Positions 43,908 through 60,059 of a stretch of DNA of 64,000 nucleotides are shown here, one piece after another. The notes under the pieces were generated by a model, which saw only the letters and a list, made by a program, of their open reading frames with translations, had not been told where the DNA came from and searched no databases. How positions within the stretch are numbered: the first letter of the stretch is position 1; the number at the start of each line of letters is the position of its first letter. The translations under genes were made by a program, and so were the position numbers. The stretch is from Chrysomallon squamiferum (Eukaryota; Animalia; Mollusca): positions 47,244,001 through 47,308,000 of the forward strand of contig CM022665.1 in the NCBI GenBank assembly GCA_012295275.1, in the 5' to 3' direction.

Positions 43908-44463
43908 GTTTGTTTGTTTGTTTGTTTGTTTGTCTGTCTATTTATTTATTTATTTGTTTGTTTCTCTGTCTATTTGTTTATTTATTTATTTATTTTGTTT
44001 CTTTGTTCGTTTTTTTTTTTTTTTTTTAATTTGTTTATTTATTTATTTTGTTTCTTTGTCTGTTTCTTTATTTTTAATTTGTTTATTGATTTAGCTAGTT
44101 TCTTTACTTTTTTATTATTACGTGTTATTTCACAATGTAAAGTTATCTTCCAAACTGACGTCATTTTCTTGCATCTCTCTGCCCCAGTATTACAACAGTG
44201 TTAAACGTAAATGCATTATAAATATAGTCGTAGTAGCAGAAGTGGCAGTATCAGTAGTAAGAGATTTTTGTAGTAATAAACAAATGTTCTGCATTTTTAG
44301 CTTACTGTTTTTGTTGTATTTCTGTTCGTAGTGTATGTCTGTGTGTGAGTGTCTGTGCACAAATAACGTAAAATGCTCTCTCTCTCTTTCGTGTATGTAG
44401 ATAATACATTATAGTTATCAATAAATAAATATCTTACTGTTTTTGGCTAAATGTAATTGTTGA

Positions 44464-44565
<102 letters not shown>

Positions 44566-47080
44566 ATTGATTGATTGATTGATTTAAGTTATTTTATTCC
44601 ATTGTTATGTTTCAAGTCTTTGTTTCATAGCACTGGTACTGGGACATACAAACACTGCACTGCAATTAATCGTAAGATCACTGAAAACCTGTCCATACCG
44701 GAATTTACTTCGCTGTGCGAAAAGCTTGTGTTTCACACTCAGTCTTCTAATACAATAAACAGTCATCTCTCCACCTCTCCAGTATCAAATTGATGAGACA
44801 TTTGTATCCTTCGTTAATATATATTTTTTTTTCTTCTATCTTCAATCTTCTTCATCGTCTGATGACGTTTGTCACGTGCAGCACAAAACGGCTGTTCACT
44901 GACTGCACGGGCAGTGGGACAAAGTTTCAATCACACGGGGGGATTTGAAAACAAAAGAAATGTGAGGAGATATTTCGTATTACTATTGTCTGAAAGTCTC
45001 GGATTTAGATTCAGAGGTCAGCGGAGGTTTACCTGGGTTTCTTTGACACTCGTCTGAAAACGATTGTGTGTGTAGATAATGATGATAATGATGATAGTAG
45101 TAAATGTTGTTGTCGTAGTAGTGGTGGTGGTGGTGGTGGTGGTTTTAGTAATAATAGAAGTAATGGGTTGTAGTGGTAGAAATCATGGTTAAGAAAAAGT
45201 AGCAGTAGTAGTAGTAGTAGTAGTAGTAGCAGTAGTTGTTGTTGTTGTAGTAGGTTGTTGTTGTAGTAGTACGTCGAGTAAGAGTAACAATGGATGTATT
45301 TATAGCAATAGTTTGGGTTACACTAGTAGCAATAATAACGATGATGTTGAAAACCCCAAAACTAATAACATTACTACTACAACTACTAATGAAACTTATA
45401 CTACTACTACTACAACTAATAATAATAATGAAACAACCATGCTTCTTCTTCTTCTTCTTATTATTATTATTTATTGTTGTTGTTGTTCTTGTTGTTGTTG
45501 TTGTTATTGTTGTTGTTGTTATTGTTGTTGTTGTTGTTGTTATTTCTATTATTCAAGAACTTTAAAAATAAAACGAATCATCATTGTAGGGATATATTTT
45601 TCAAGATTAAAAGTTTAATTTTAAAAAATAAATAAATAAAAAATGTCGGTTGGCAGAAATGGATATCAGTGTCTGTTATTAATATGTTAAATCTAACACC
45701 TTAGTTTATTTTTCTTCTTCTTCTTTTTCTTTTTTTTCATTCTCTTTTTTTTTTGTTTTTTTGTTTTTTTTTGTTTTTTTTTTCAAAAGATTATTGGGTT
45801 AATATCTTTAATTCTTCAAACAACCATTTTGTTCCAGTTGTTCGTAAATTTGCCTTACAGGGAGAAGAAAAGGCAACATTTATTTTCTCTATGATTACAG
45901 GGTCTGGGAAGATTTGAACGTTCTGTCATTAAAAAATATAAATATATCATAAAACTGGTTTTCAGCGAACAAAGAGAGACTGGAAAATAAACACACACCA
46001 GAGATTAATTTTTGTTTCGATATCTGCCGTCGCTTCATGAAAAGTTAAGCAATGGGCGGAGCCGAGTCTCGATCGCTAAAACCCCGGCGATCAAAAATTC
46101 TTCACAAAACGATAAACGGAAAAATGATGTATGATGAAGGAGCAATCCTGAGGTCGACAGACGTCGTTTTGTTGCTTTCCCGAGGAACACGAACAATAAT
46201 CGTCTTTAATCTCCGCCTTTCTGACTCTTCTCTAGTCCGATCCGCATCCCGACCTGACCCCGGTGTTAATGAAAGTTTAACCGATCATCCGACCGTTTCC
46301 GTTATCGTTTTAAATTTCAGGTGTCGCTTCTCCGTCAGCTGTAACGTTAACACGACGCGCACGTGGTGGATGTCGGAGCAAGAGTTCACGAGAAACGTTT
46401 CCTGCTTCATCCCCGTGTCCCCCTGATCACCACCACAACCACCACTGTCCACTTCTCTTTGACCAGTGTCCACATCAGAACTTATCCTTCAAGATCATCC
46501 TGTTAATCCGGGACAATCCCCAGTGTACACGTATAGGAGGATATCGCTAGACTTTAATCTGTCGATTTTTATTTTTATTTTTTATTATTTTTTTTTTTAT
46601 CTCCTCTTCCCGTCAGAATATAATCAGATACCTGAGTAGTCACATCTTCCATCGTGACCTCCTATAGAGGTCGCTTTACGAGACACACACACCCACACAC
46701 ACACACCCCGCCGATCGTCAGTTGAGGTTGGAGAACCGAGTACCTACATCAGCAGAAAACGATAGGTGTTTGTCCTGGCCGCACGTTCTGTCTGGGTTTT
46801 AGGCTTCGTCTGGGATCAAAAGACCGCTGGAGAAAGAATGCTCGGTTTGTTTGCGTTACGTATCGCGAAGTCGTGGAAACACTCGACAGACTTGAATTAA
46901 AATGGCTAGTGCCGGGATTTGTGTGTTTGTCAACAAGTAATGGAGTTCGTGTCCGCGTGGATGGGGGTCACCTGTTGGTGTTGTGTAACCCGCTTTGTTC
47001 TTTCACGTCACTCGATTGTCAAAACACGCGCCGCGCGTCCCTCGTTGTCCTGCGCGTTTTCTTGTTTTGTTTTTTTTTTT

Positions 47081-47500
47081 TTTGTTATATTCAGTTACGT
47101 TATTCTATTTTTATTACATTCAATTACCTAACAGTGTTTTTGTTATATTCCGTTACGTTACTGTGTTTTTGTTATGTTCCGTTACGTTACTGTGTTTTTG
47201 TTATGTTCCGTTACGTTACTGTGTTTTTGTTATATTCCGTTACGTTACTGTGTTTTTATTACATTCAGTTACGTTATTCTATTTTTTTTTACATTCAGTT
47301 AAGTTACTGTTTTTTTATATTCCGTTACGTTATTCTATTTTTATTACATTCAGTTACGTTACTGTGTTTTTATTACATTCAGTTACGTTACTGTGTTTTT
47401 GTTATATTCCGTTATGTAGGTGTGTCTTTATTATATTCAGTTACATTACTGTGTTTTTATTATACTGTTTCAACTTTGTTACATTAATGTATTTTGTTAT
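47081..47500. repeat. Minisatellite, 29 bp unit (GTTATATTCCGTTACGTTACTGTGTTTTT), ~14 copies
   Basis: Direct tandem repetition. Confidence 0.95.
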
Positions 47501-48540
47501 GTGACTGTACTATTTGTGGTAAAATAAAAATATCTATTCATTTTTCAAATATTTCATTAAAATACTGAATTTCTCTCCCTCATTTTGGCTTTATCTATTT
47601 ATCTGATTATCTATTTATTTTGTCTTTAATTATTCAATAAAAACAAACAAACAAACAAATAAATAAATAACAACAATAATAACAATAGCGATAATAATAA
47701 TGATGATGATGATAACGATACTACTACTACTACAACTAATAATAATGATGATGATGATGATAATGATACTACTACTACTGCTGCTAGTACTACTACTGCT
47801 ACTGCTGCTGCTGCTGCTACTACTACTACTACTGCTGCTGCTGCTACTACTACTACTAATAATAATAATAATAAAGATACCATCAAAACTGAAAAACAAA
47901 CTGCCACTAAGATTATCAACGTGCTACTGATAACGCTGTCGCAAATCTACAAATCGAAATTTTCCGAAATGTTGACATCAGCTCATTTTAATTATCCTCC
48001 ATGCTGCTTGCTAGCTTATTAGTCACGCGCATTCCGCGAGCAATCTGCAAAAAGGTCAAAGGTCGTTCTAAAGGACCAAAGAGGATAATGCAGGTGACAC
48101 AAGAGGAAAAGGGGTGTCCTCTCTACATGACGCCATGTTCAATCTGAGAACCGTGGAACAAAAATGTCGTATTTTCGTGAAGAAGACGTTGATAAAATTA
48201 ATGAATTGTTTGACGTCATGCGGAGTACCAGATGTTTGAGTTCCCCCACATCCCACCCAGCCCCCAAACAACTCGGCATTCCGGGTGGAGACTAGAGTTT
48301 CCCTGACAACCACACACGCCCCAAACTTGTCCGCGAGTGTAGTCTGTCTGTCCGTGTGTCGCTTTGTCACACAGAATGTTTAATAATCATTTCATGAAAA
48401 AGATAAAAACAGAAAAACAAAAAAAGACATGAAAGAAAAGATAACAGATGTAAAATAGATAGAGAGACAGAGACAGATTGATTCATAGACAGAGATAGAT
48501 ATTCAGACAGATAGGTAGGTAGGTATATATATATATATAT

Positions 48541-48643
<103 letters not shown>

Positions 48644-49184
48644 AATAAATAAATCGGCAGGTATCTAGATAGGTAGACTGATGTATGACATGATAGATAA
48701 ACAGACAAATGGACAGGGACGAACAGAGAAATGAATAGACAGACGGACAGAGAGACAAGATGGATGGATGGATGGAGGAACGGACAGACAAACAGACAAA
48801 ATAAACTTTTCACAACCAACTCGCTGATTACGTAAAACGTCGAATTCAACCAGGACTACTGAGTTAAAGAGTACCGCACGAGCCCAGCACGCGGTGAGCG
48901 GGTATCAAAGCGAGGTTCGGGTTATTTGGGCGGGAGGTCAGAGTGAGGCAGAGGCGACGTCTGCTGGGATTCGGATTGCTTGTTTTTCTTAAGGCTCTGG
49001 TTCGCCAACACGATCTGGCCGGGTGTCGGGTTTAAAACTCTCCTGTCAACACGACTGCGTGCACTGCACACTGGCAGATATACACAGGCAATTCAGCCAG
49101 TGTGTGTGTGTGTGCGGGGGGGGGTGAATCTTAATCCGGGTTCTTCCATCCGCTGGCACACACGTGGAGCGCGTACGAGACAGA

Positions 49185-49955
<771 letters not shown>

Positions 49956-50582
49956 GGGGGGGCAAGCAGAGAGAGATACCATCACTGTTGTAAGCAATGT
50001 TTATTTCAGAAAGTAAAGGCGGGGAGAAACACACTCGGAAGATAGATAGAGACACAGAGAGAGACAGACGCATACACACACACACAGACACAAACACACA
50101 CACATACATATAGTCGTACATCATTGGCCTACTGATTCAATTAGCTGAAAGAACGAACACTGCAACGTCATTACGTCAGAAACGTCAAACCAGACACAAA
50201 AGGTTGCAGACGTTGAGAAGACGAAGGTTTCGCCTTTATTTCTACATTTCAGAACGTTCACGTTTTCCCAGATTAACTTACACACACGTCGTTCAGGCCA
50301 AGGCTGGGAGATCATCTTCTTAAACGCATAATTATTATACGTTCTTTTTTTTCTTTCTTTCTTTCTTTCATTTTTTTTTTTTCTTTTTTTTTTCTATTTT
50401 CTTTTTAACTGTGCGAAACTAAAACTGGATGATTCGCCATATGATTTCATCTAGACGATGAAAATTTAAAAAGAAATTTAAAAAAAAAAAAAAAAAAAAA
50501 AAGTTTACACAATAGCTAAATTCAGTCCATAGTCTTACTAGTCATTACGGAAGCTAGCGTTTTTACTTCAGTAAATTATTAA

Positions 50583-50614
<32 letters not shown>

Positions 50615-50667
50615 GATGTCTAAACAAAAGGAGCGTTTACCTTTCGTAATAGGTTCGGTTATTTGGG

Positions 50668-50704
<37 letters not shown>

Positions 50705-50939
50705 TAGGAATAACGAAGTGATACGGCTGGATCACTCGGCAAGAGGTTGACGTAGTCGAGGGTCGCAGTCATCTCTGCAGTGCAGCGTGGTGTCGTGCAC
50801 GGTCCAGTGAGCAGCAACAAACAGAGTGGTGATAAACAGCTAAAACATGAACGCGTGGACTGAAATCTAGTCCCAGACAAGTGTCAAAACAAATGAAATG
50901 TGAATAAAAAAGTAAAAAAATGTGAGAAAGAGGAAGATG

Positions 50940-51500
<561 letters not shown>

Positions 51501-52936
51501 TGACAACTGTGAGTTTTCAGAGACAGTACAGTGTCTGTTTTCCTCTGTATAAATAACTTTCCTTTCTTTCTCTACAACGAGCAGCATCATGCAGAAATCT
51601 TTCACTGGCATCCAGTGACTGTTACATAAAAATACGCTTACGTTTTTATCTTGTATTTTCACGCAACAAAAATAAGTGATAAAACAGTTGACAGAAGTGT
51701 TATTTCAAGTAACGTATTTTGAAAATGAGTGCCTAGTGTGTCTGTGTAAGAACAAGATTATATCTGACATCGTATTTAACTCGTGCACCAGACTAACCTC
51801 AAACATTCCTTCACAGAATTCGTTATGAAAACGAACTCTCTTTGTTGCCGTTTGTTTTTCTAATTTTATTTTTATTATTATTATTATTTTTAATATTCAC
51901 GTGTCAGACGAAATAAAATGTCAGCATGGAAATAAAAAAAGTAAAAATAATAAATATCCATTTCAATTACAGTTTTGATCGGGTAGATTTGAGGTAGAAG
52001 GGGAGGGGGGAAATCCATTATGGCTGATCGATGTTGATTAGAACAATGAAGTAACGGTACAAATAGAGTTACTTGCACTTGATAAGTTCACGCGACCGCA
52101 CGCGCTCACATCACCTGGTCGGTGGGGGGTTGGACAAATACTTGTGGACTGAATGCTGTTTTAGGTACAGTTATTTTCTTTACAATTATTTATTGCAAAC
52201 GAAACGAAACAAAATAAAGCAAAAAAACATTCTTTAAATAAAATACACTGAAAGAGTGCGTATTAGATTTTCATTATACAAATATCTGAGAAAAGCTGGT
52301 AACCTGTGTATACTGAGCAAAAAAAGAAATATTACAAACAGTGCATTAACTAGAGAGAAAACAATTTGTTATGCTCTTACGTCACTATTAGCGATTTGCA
52401 TGATTCTTAACGACAAGCCTAGTTCAAAAGTCACGTGTCCTAAATACCTCAGACCTAACCAATAAGAACAAAATTACATTCAGAATTAGGTTTGGGGTCT
52501 TTAGCCAAACTTCTACGCATGAAAAAAAAGTTAAGAAAAAAAATCAACAAAAAAAAGAAAAAGAAAAAAAAAGAAAAGAAAATTTAACAATAACAATACA
52601 AATGTTTAAAATAATAATTTGTTTCGCCAGCAACTTAGAACATACTTCAGCAAACAGATACTGTATTTTTTTTTTTTTTTTTTTTTTTTTAAATGATGAT
52701 GTTTAAATAAAACGTCTTTGTGTTGCAGTTAGGATTCTGCACTGACTCAACCTGTGCTTTGTGGTGTGTTGTATGTTAATGTGTTAATTTTTTACACACA
52801 GTTGCATCTCACAAATGATACCGCGCGTATCTTTGGTTATCGGTTCAGTCTGTGACGTCAGATCGTACGTCACAAAACACGTTTGACACATTCCTATCGT
52901 GTGTGCACCGTGGTCGCATTGTTTTATAACTCTGTA

Positions 52937-52973
<37 letters not shown>

Positions 52974-52990
52974 CTTTCTTTTTTTTTTTT

Positions 52991-53022
<32 letters not shown>

Positions 53023-53239
53023 TAAAATTTTTTGTTTTTTATTTTATAATTGTTTTTTTTTTTCTTTTTTTTAAAAATCTTTTCTTTTCTTTTTCTCAAT
53101 TTCTTCATTTTTCTATTTTTGCTAAATTTATTTATTTTATTTTATTATTATTTTAATGTTTTCTTTTTTTTTTCTTTCTTCATTTTTGGGGGGCTTATAT
53201 ATTATATATATTTCTATTATATTTATAATTTTTTTTTTA

Positions 53240-53318
<79 letters not shown>

Positions 53319-54907
53319 TATTTATAATTAAAAATAAAAATAAAAAAAAAAATATATATATATATATATATAAAAATAAAACAAAAATATATATATATAT
53401 ATTTATTTATTGTATCATGTTAATGCACGATATTGTAAAATATCAGATCGCGTTATTTTATTTCTATTTTATTTCATCGTACTGTGTGATATCGGAGCAC
53501 GCGGTGTGAAATAATAATCGCTGGTGTCTGCTTCTCTGCACAAACTCTACAGGAATGTTCCTGTGTAGGGAAACACGTTGAAATGGCGGCGCTCCCTAAC
53601 GGCGAGTTCTCACGCACACAACGCATCAATCTGAAACGAGGCTACGGTCGTTGAGAAGTTTATCCAGTTAAAAATCGGGTGTCGCGTTTCCACCACCGTC
53701 GACCGAAAGCCACACCTGGAAACGCTAGAAGCCGTGAACAACCCGGCACGTCGCCCTCGGGTGGGGGGGAGGGAACAGAAAGGCGTGGCCGACTGTGTCC
53801 GCGTTCCCATCGCAACAATGGCGTCCATATGGTGGGGACAGATCCGTGGTCAGCGGTCATTAATGACCGCTTTGTCTCACGCTTTCTGTGAGGTAGTTCA
53901 CTTGTCCATACCGTTGCCCACGGCGTTTTTGTCACGTCGACAATAAACTCTTACACCGACGTCGTATTGCGTTCTTTCATGTCCCGGGTTTCCTGTGCAA
54001 GCCTAACGAGCAATTATGACTGCAACGGTTCTCCGTAGAATTCTCCGGTTGTTAACTTTTTTTTTTTTTCTCTCACCGACACTAGAACAATTTCTCTGTC
54101 TCCTGCGTGACGTAGTCACAGTACCCACCAAAAGAAATAATTAGAGTGGAGGAATTTTCAACGTTCTGGGTGTCTCCCAGTGTCACCCCGGCTGACATGG
54201 GTGACAAGAAGGTCGCTGGTGACACGCTCGGAAGCGGTAATTAAGTTTCTCGTTTTATAACGTGACACGGAGATGGGAGCGTGGTTTAGTTTTTAGCTGT
54301 GTGGGTTGTTTTTATTTTGAGCTTTTTTTTTTTTGCCCTCCCGCGGAGATGGGGGTCTCGGGATCAATCCCCGTGTCAGTTTTCATGCACCTCTTCCCAC
54401 GTCAGTCAGTACCGAGCAAATGCTTCAGCGGAGGCCGTGGTTTATTTTTCCTGTTTATGAGAGGGTTTATACACGTTATGTCCTGCCGCTCAACATCATC
54501 CAAGTTCTTCATTGTTCATTTTTCCTGATATAAATATGAAATGTTTTTAATTCACACAGGGGAAAAAAAAAAAATCATTTTTTCCGCCATGTTTATGACG
54601 TCAGGAATTCCGACATGCTGATTGGCTGAATGAAGGTGTCCGTATGTGGAAACAAAATAATAATAATAAATAATAATAGTAATAATAATAATTATTATTA
54701 TACTAATAATAGTATGTCATTTGTCGGTTTAAGAAACGAAACAGAATTTAAGTGAATCAAATAAGAGATTTGTCGGTTTCTGAAATGACACAACTTTCAG
54801 CTCAAACATGGTAGTCATAGTTTTATTCTGAAGAGAATGGTGTATGTCGGTTTTTGCACCATCTTCACACAGACACACACACACACAGACACACAAATAT
54901 ATATATA

Positions 54908-55108
54908 TAGTGTCACTATATCAGACATTGTGCACTGAAATCAGACAAAAATATATACTCTTTGTAAAAATAATTATTTTCATAACACCCTAATATATGT
55001 ATGTATGTATATTAGGGTATTATGAATATAATTAATTCTACAAAGGGTAGATATATATACATTTTTGTTTTCTTATCTCAGAGCACAGTATCTGATATGG
55101 TGTCACCG
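54908..55108. mobile_element. Palindromic MITE-like element (Tc1/mariner-type ends, TA flanks)
   Basis: Imperfect 201 bp fold-back. The left end TAGTGTCACTATATCAGACATTGTGCACTG compares with the reverse complement of the right end, CGGTGACACCATATCAGATACTGTGCTCTG. TA is present on both sides. Confidence 0.65.
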
Positions 55109-55398
55109 TATATTTCGTCACTAATAAAACAACAGTAATAAAAAGATGTTTAAAAAATTAAAATGAAACTGTAGTGAAATACTGCTAGACATTCACAGGC
55201 TGATAGCAGTGAGAAAGATGGCGAGAAATTACATGGAAGAAAGAAAATGTTACAATTATTTTGTATTCATCTTGTATGTCTAATGAGCAAGTAAGATAGA
55301 AAAACACACAATACGGTCCACTAATATTTGAAATAAGAAATACAACTGCATAAATATCCATCAATAGTATGTAAGATTTATGGATAGACAGACAGACA

Positions 55399-55437
<39 letters not shown>

Positions 55438-56355
55438 AATAAACACATACAATACAGAATCACATACATATTACACACAATACACACATACACACATACA
55501 CACATCCACATACACTACACACACATACAAACGAACACACAGACACATTATTAAAGATATCTAATATACAGGCATATATAATCACATAAATTAATAATTT
55601 TTTCTTCTATATTTCGTTTTATTTATTTATTTATTTATTTAAAAACAATATCTGTTTCTTGAATTCTTTTCTAAAAATATTCTACTTTTAGCCCTATTAT
55701 ATTTTTTTCATACAGAATTTTAAAATTCGAAAGGAAATGATAATGTAATTATATAATTTTGTGGTTTGAATCCCAAAAGAAGTTACCGGATTTTTCTTCT
55801 TCTTCTTTTTTTCTGATATAATTACTGGTGTAATAAAATTTCCGACAAGGCAATGGAATTCATTATAAACATGTCAGCTCTTGTTAAAAACGTTTTTGTG
55901 TTCGCTGTTGTGTTCGCTGTTGTTTTCCTTATTCCTTTTCATTGTGATGTTGATGCTGTTACCGTTATTAATGCTGTTGTAAATAATATTACAATTTCAA
56001 CAAAATGCAAACCATAGTAAACATTCTGAATAATAATAAGAAGAAGAAGAACAAGAAGAAGAAGAACAAGAAGAATTTGGTATGAAAATGGTCCAAGGGG
56101 AATAACTCTGATTTACAATTCAACTTTGCTACCGTCTTTTCTTAAAATTAAAAGATTAAAATATCTTCTATCATCTAATTTTAAAAACTGTTCTCTTTTT
56201 TTTCAGTATAAACAAAATTCGTAATAAAATAAAACAGATAAAGCGTTAAGAATTGTTTGAACATTTATTGAAATGTAATTTAATTTGGCATCGAAAGAGA
56301 GTCTGATTTGAATTTTCTTTTGCAAAACCGAGAGCGTTTTAGTTTAATAAATTAA

Positions 56356-56428
<73 letters not shown>

Positions 56429-57090
56429 AATACGCAATTCAAAATTGATAAGAACTGTTAAATCACAAATGTGAAAGAATAACTGTGAACAATGAGATAT
56501 GGAAAACTGTCAGAACTGTTTTTAATTCGTGAAGTATGTGAAATTTTATTTAATTTTTAATTTTCTCTCCATGGCAGTTATCTCCACCGTATTCTAGATA
56601 TCTGATAAAGTATTGATCTGTTATGCTTTTCTATTTTTCTTTTTTTTTTTTTCTTTCTGTTAAAACATGCTACAGATAAGTAATGTAGAACATTTCTGAA
56701 TCGTTTTTCTAATTTTGCTGTTCCTTTCGTGTATGTTTAATTTTATTTTTGTTTTCTTTGTTTGTTTGTTTTTTTTTTTTTTTTCTTCTTCTTTGTTTCT
56801 TTTCTTTTCTGTTTTATTTTGTGTTTCATTTTGTGTTTCATTTTGTGTGTTTCTTTTATCTTTGCTATAAAAATTGACGCTTCTCTTTATTTCCGTTCAC
56901 TGAAAGCTGTACTGTACTAACAGACCAGTGGAAGAATGTTTGTTTGTTTGTTTGTTTGTTTATTTTTGTTTTTGTTGTTTGTTTTTTGGTGTTTTTTTTT
57001 TTTTTTGGGGGGTGTTTATATTTATCTTTTTTATTTAAATAATTTTGTGTTAATAAAAAAATTGCTAAATTTCATTTTATTTTTTTACTA

Positions 57091-57145
<55 letters not shown>

Positions 57146-57148
57146 TTA

Positions 57149-57184
<36 letters not shown>

Positions 57185-59112
57185 CTTCATCATCATCATT
57201 ATTTTTTAGTATTTTTTGTTTTGTATTTCTTTCTTTCTTTATTTTTTTGCATATTTTATCATGACTATTATTTTTAAATTTACATGCAGTTTGCTTTATT
57301 TCGCCTTTCCTTAGCTTTTTTTAATTGTTTATTTATATTTGTTTACAACACATGTTTGAATGACGTTTGTTTTTTAAGTTAATCATCATCATCATCATTA
57401 TCATCATCGTCGTCTTCACATCGTAATAATAATCATCATCATCATTATTTTTGTCTTATTATTATTACTGTTACAATTATTATTATCATTACTGTTGTTG
57501 TTGTTGTTGTTGCTGCTGCTGCTGCTGCTGTTGTTGTTTTATGACCATGTTGTATTATTCAGTTATAACTATCGTACATTATTTTATTTAACCATACTAG
57601 AGAGGAAACCCGGTATATCATTTCTGGACGATTTTAAACAAAAACCTTTATATATATGATTCATTATAAAAGTTTTTAACTGATTTCCTTTTATTTGTCT
57701 GTGCTATTTCTGGTTCTGTGAATATTTGTTTGTGTGTTTGTTTGTTTTGTTTAGATATTCGATTTTTCTGTGTGTAGTAAATTTCTTTTTGCTTTGTTTA
57801 TTGGCAGTATCTTCACACAATAATAATTTAATTTTTTTTTTTTTTTTTTTTTTACTCTGTCTCACACAAAACATGCACTCCTAATGATCCATCACAATTC
57901 TACAAACACAACTTAAAACAAATCAAAAAATTAAAAACAACCGTATTTTGTATTCTTTATAAAATATTTTAATTTAATTCACATGAGAAAATAAGTTAAT
58001 TCAAAACATTAATGATGTGATAATAAATTAACAATGGATTATTTACAATGACGTATAAAAATAGAATTCATCGAAACAAACATAATTTATTTTTATGGCC
58101 CCCCCCCCTCAACAACAATGGCTGCCACACCGGTATAATTGTTCAGTATTCAGACGCCGTATTATCTGTCGACTTCTTGAATAATACTGTGATTAATAAA
58201 AACACCGTAATAATAATTTAAAAAGCACACACTCTTGAAGTAAAATCTGACGTATGCCGGCCCCTTCTTTGTCCCGTAGCGGGGGTGACGCCTTGGTGCT
58301 TCGTCTTACACCTCTTCCAATCAGATGCGGCCTACACGTCACGTGGTACCTGACACCTGGAAATAGCATAAATAAGACAGCTGAAGGCCTGTAATGAGTG
58401 TTATAAAATACAATATTAATATGTCACCATGGTTGCGACGTAATCGCCGTGACGGGCTGTTTTTGTGACGTAATCAGATCCCTCCCCCCTACCACCACCA
58501 CCACCCAACCCAATACCCGCTCGAGGGATAATACATTCGACAAAAACCGGTCTGTGATTTACGCCGAATTTCTCGACATTAATTAGAGTTATCTAACTTT
58601 AATTAGCTCGATACGAGGGCATTTATTAATACGAAATTAATGTATGCTCGAAAACGTTCGCGCAGACCCCGTTAGTATTATCATTTTTATTAATTTGATT
58701 TATAACACAGATTAGCGTCAAGTACCGCAAATAACTGCCATGTCGTTATTACAACCACTGTTACAGTGTCCCGGTGTTAATTTTGTCATCATGATAAACT
58801 CTACGTTATTTAATATGGTTTACGGCAAATATTAGTGAAACCCCGTGAAGAACGCTAAACAATTGTTAAGATCTTATCTTTAAATAAGTATTTAAATAAA
58901 TCAAATCATGGATTATTTTTATCATTTCTATTATTTTTAAAATTTACATGTAATTAGGTTTATTTTGCCTTTCCTTTCTTTTTCCTTATTGTTTATTTGT
59001 ATTCGTTTGTTATACATTTTTATGTGTCTTTTAACGTTCAGCTTTATCGTCATCATCGTGATCATAATCGTCATCATTTATCGTTGTTGTGGTTGTCATT
59101 ACTACTGTTGCA

Positions 59113-59167
<55 letters not shown>

Positions 59168-59185
59168 TATTATCATTATCATTAT

Positions 59186-59230
<45 letters not shown>

Positions 59231-60042
59231 GATCATATTATTCACAGTTATAAGTTTCATAAGTAAGATGGCCCATGCATCCAAAATAAAGCACATACAG
59301 ACGTAAAGAGAGACAGACACATTTTCTCTAACATCCCATAATCGATGAGAGACAGGCAAAACAACTTTAAAAACGAAATACAACTAGGATATAAATTAAA
59401 ACCGACAGAAATTAAGACTTAAAACATTAAAACAAAGACAGAGAAATTTAAACTATGAGATAAGTTGAAACTATGAGATTAATTAAAACTACAGACAGAA
59501 ATTAAAACTATTATTTTCCGGCACCCTTGGTTCCGAAACCTTTGCCGGATTAACCAAATATTGCCGGAACAGTCGTGGTCATGTGATAATAATTCATCAA
59601 CCCACCTCTAACCCACCAGTTATACATCTCTCATCTGTGTAAAGTGTACCAAGACATTTGAATTAAAACAAATATTAAATGTAAATTAACTGAATAAATA
59701 AAATACAGATGCTTGTATAATAATAATAATCACGTTTTCTCCCTTAGTTTCTCTATATCATAAACAGCTGACGAACCAATACTTTAGATATCACACAGTT
59801 TACACACCCAAATACCCCGCTCCATTTTATTTATTTATTTATTTATTTGTTTTGTTTTTTTCAGCAGTTCTATTTTAACTTGTTTACGTTTTTGCCACCG
59901 CGACTCAAACTCTCATTTCAATCTTTAAAAGTTAGAGAGTTAAATTCAAGCAAAAATGAGCTAAGAATTTCACGGAATGACGGCAGCATCACCACCAGCA
60001 AACTGCCGTCTGAAAAAATGTAAATGAGATCGCTCGTCTACA

Positions 60043-60059
60043 CAGCGCCATCTGTTGTC
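60043..60059 (-). promoter_or_regulatory. CTCF-like motif
   Basis: Minus strand reads GACAACAGATGGCGCTG, with an intact AGATGGCGCTG core. Confidence 0.5.
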
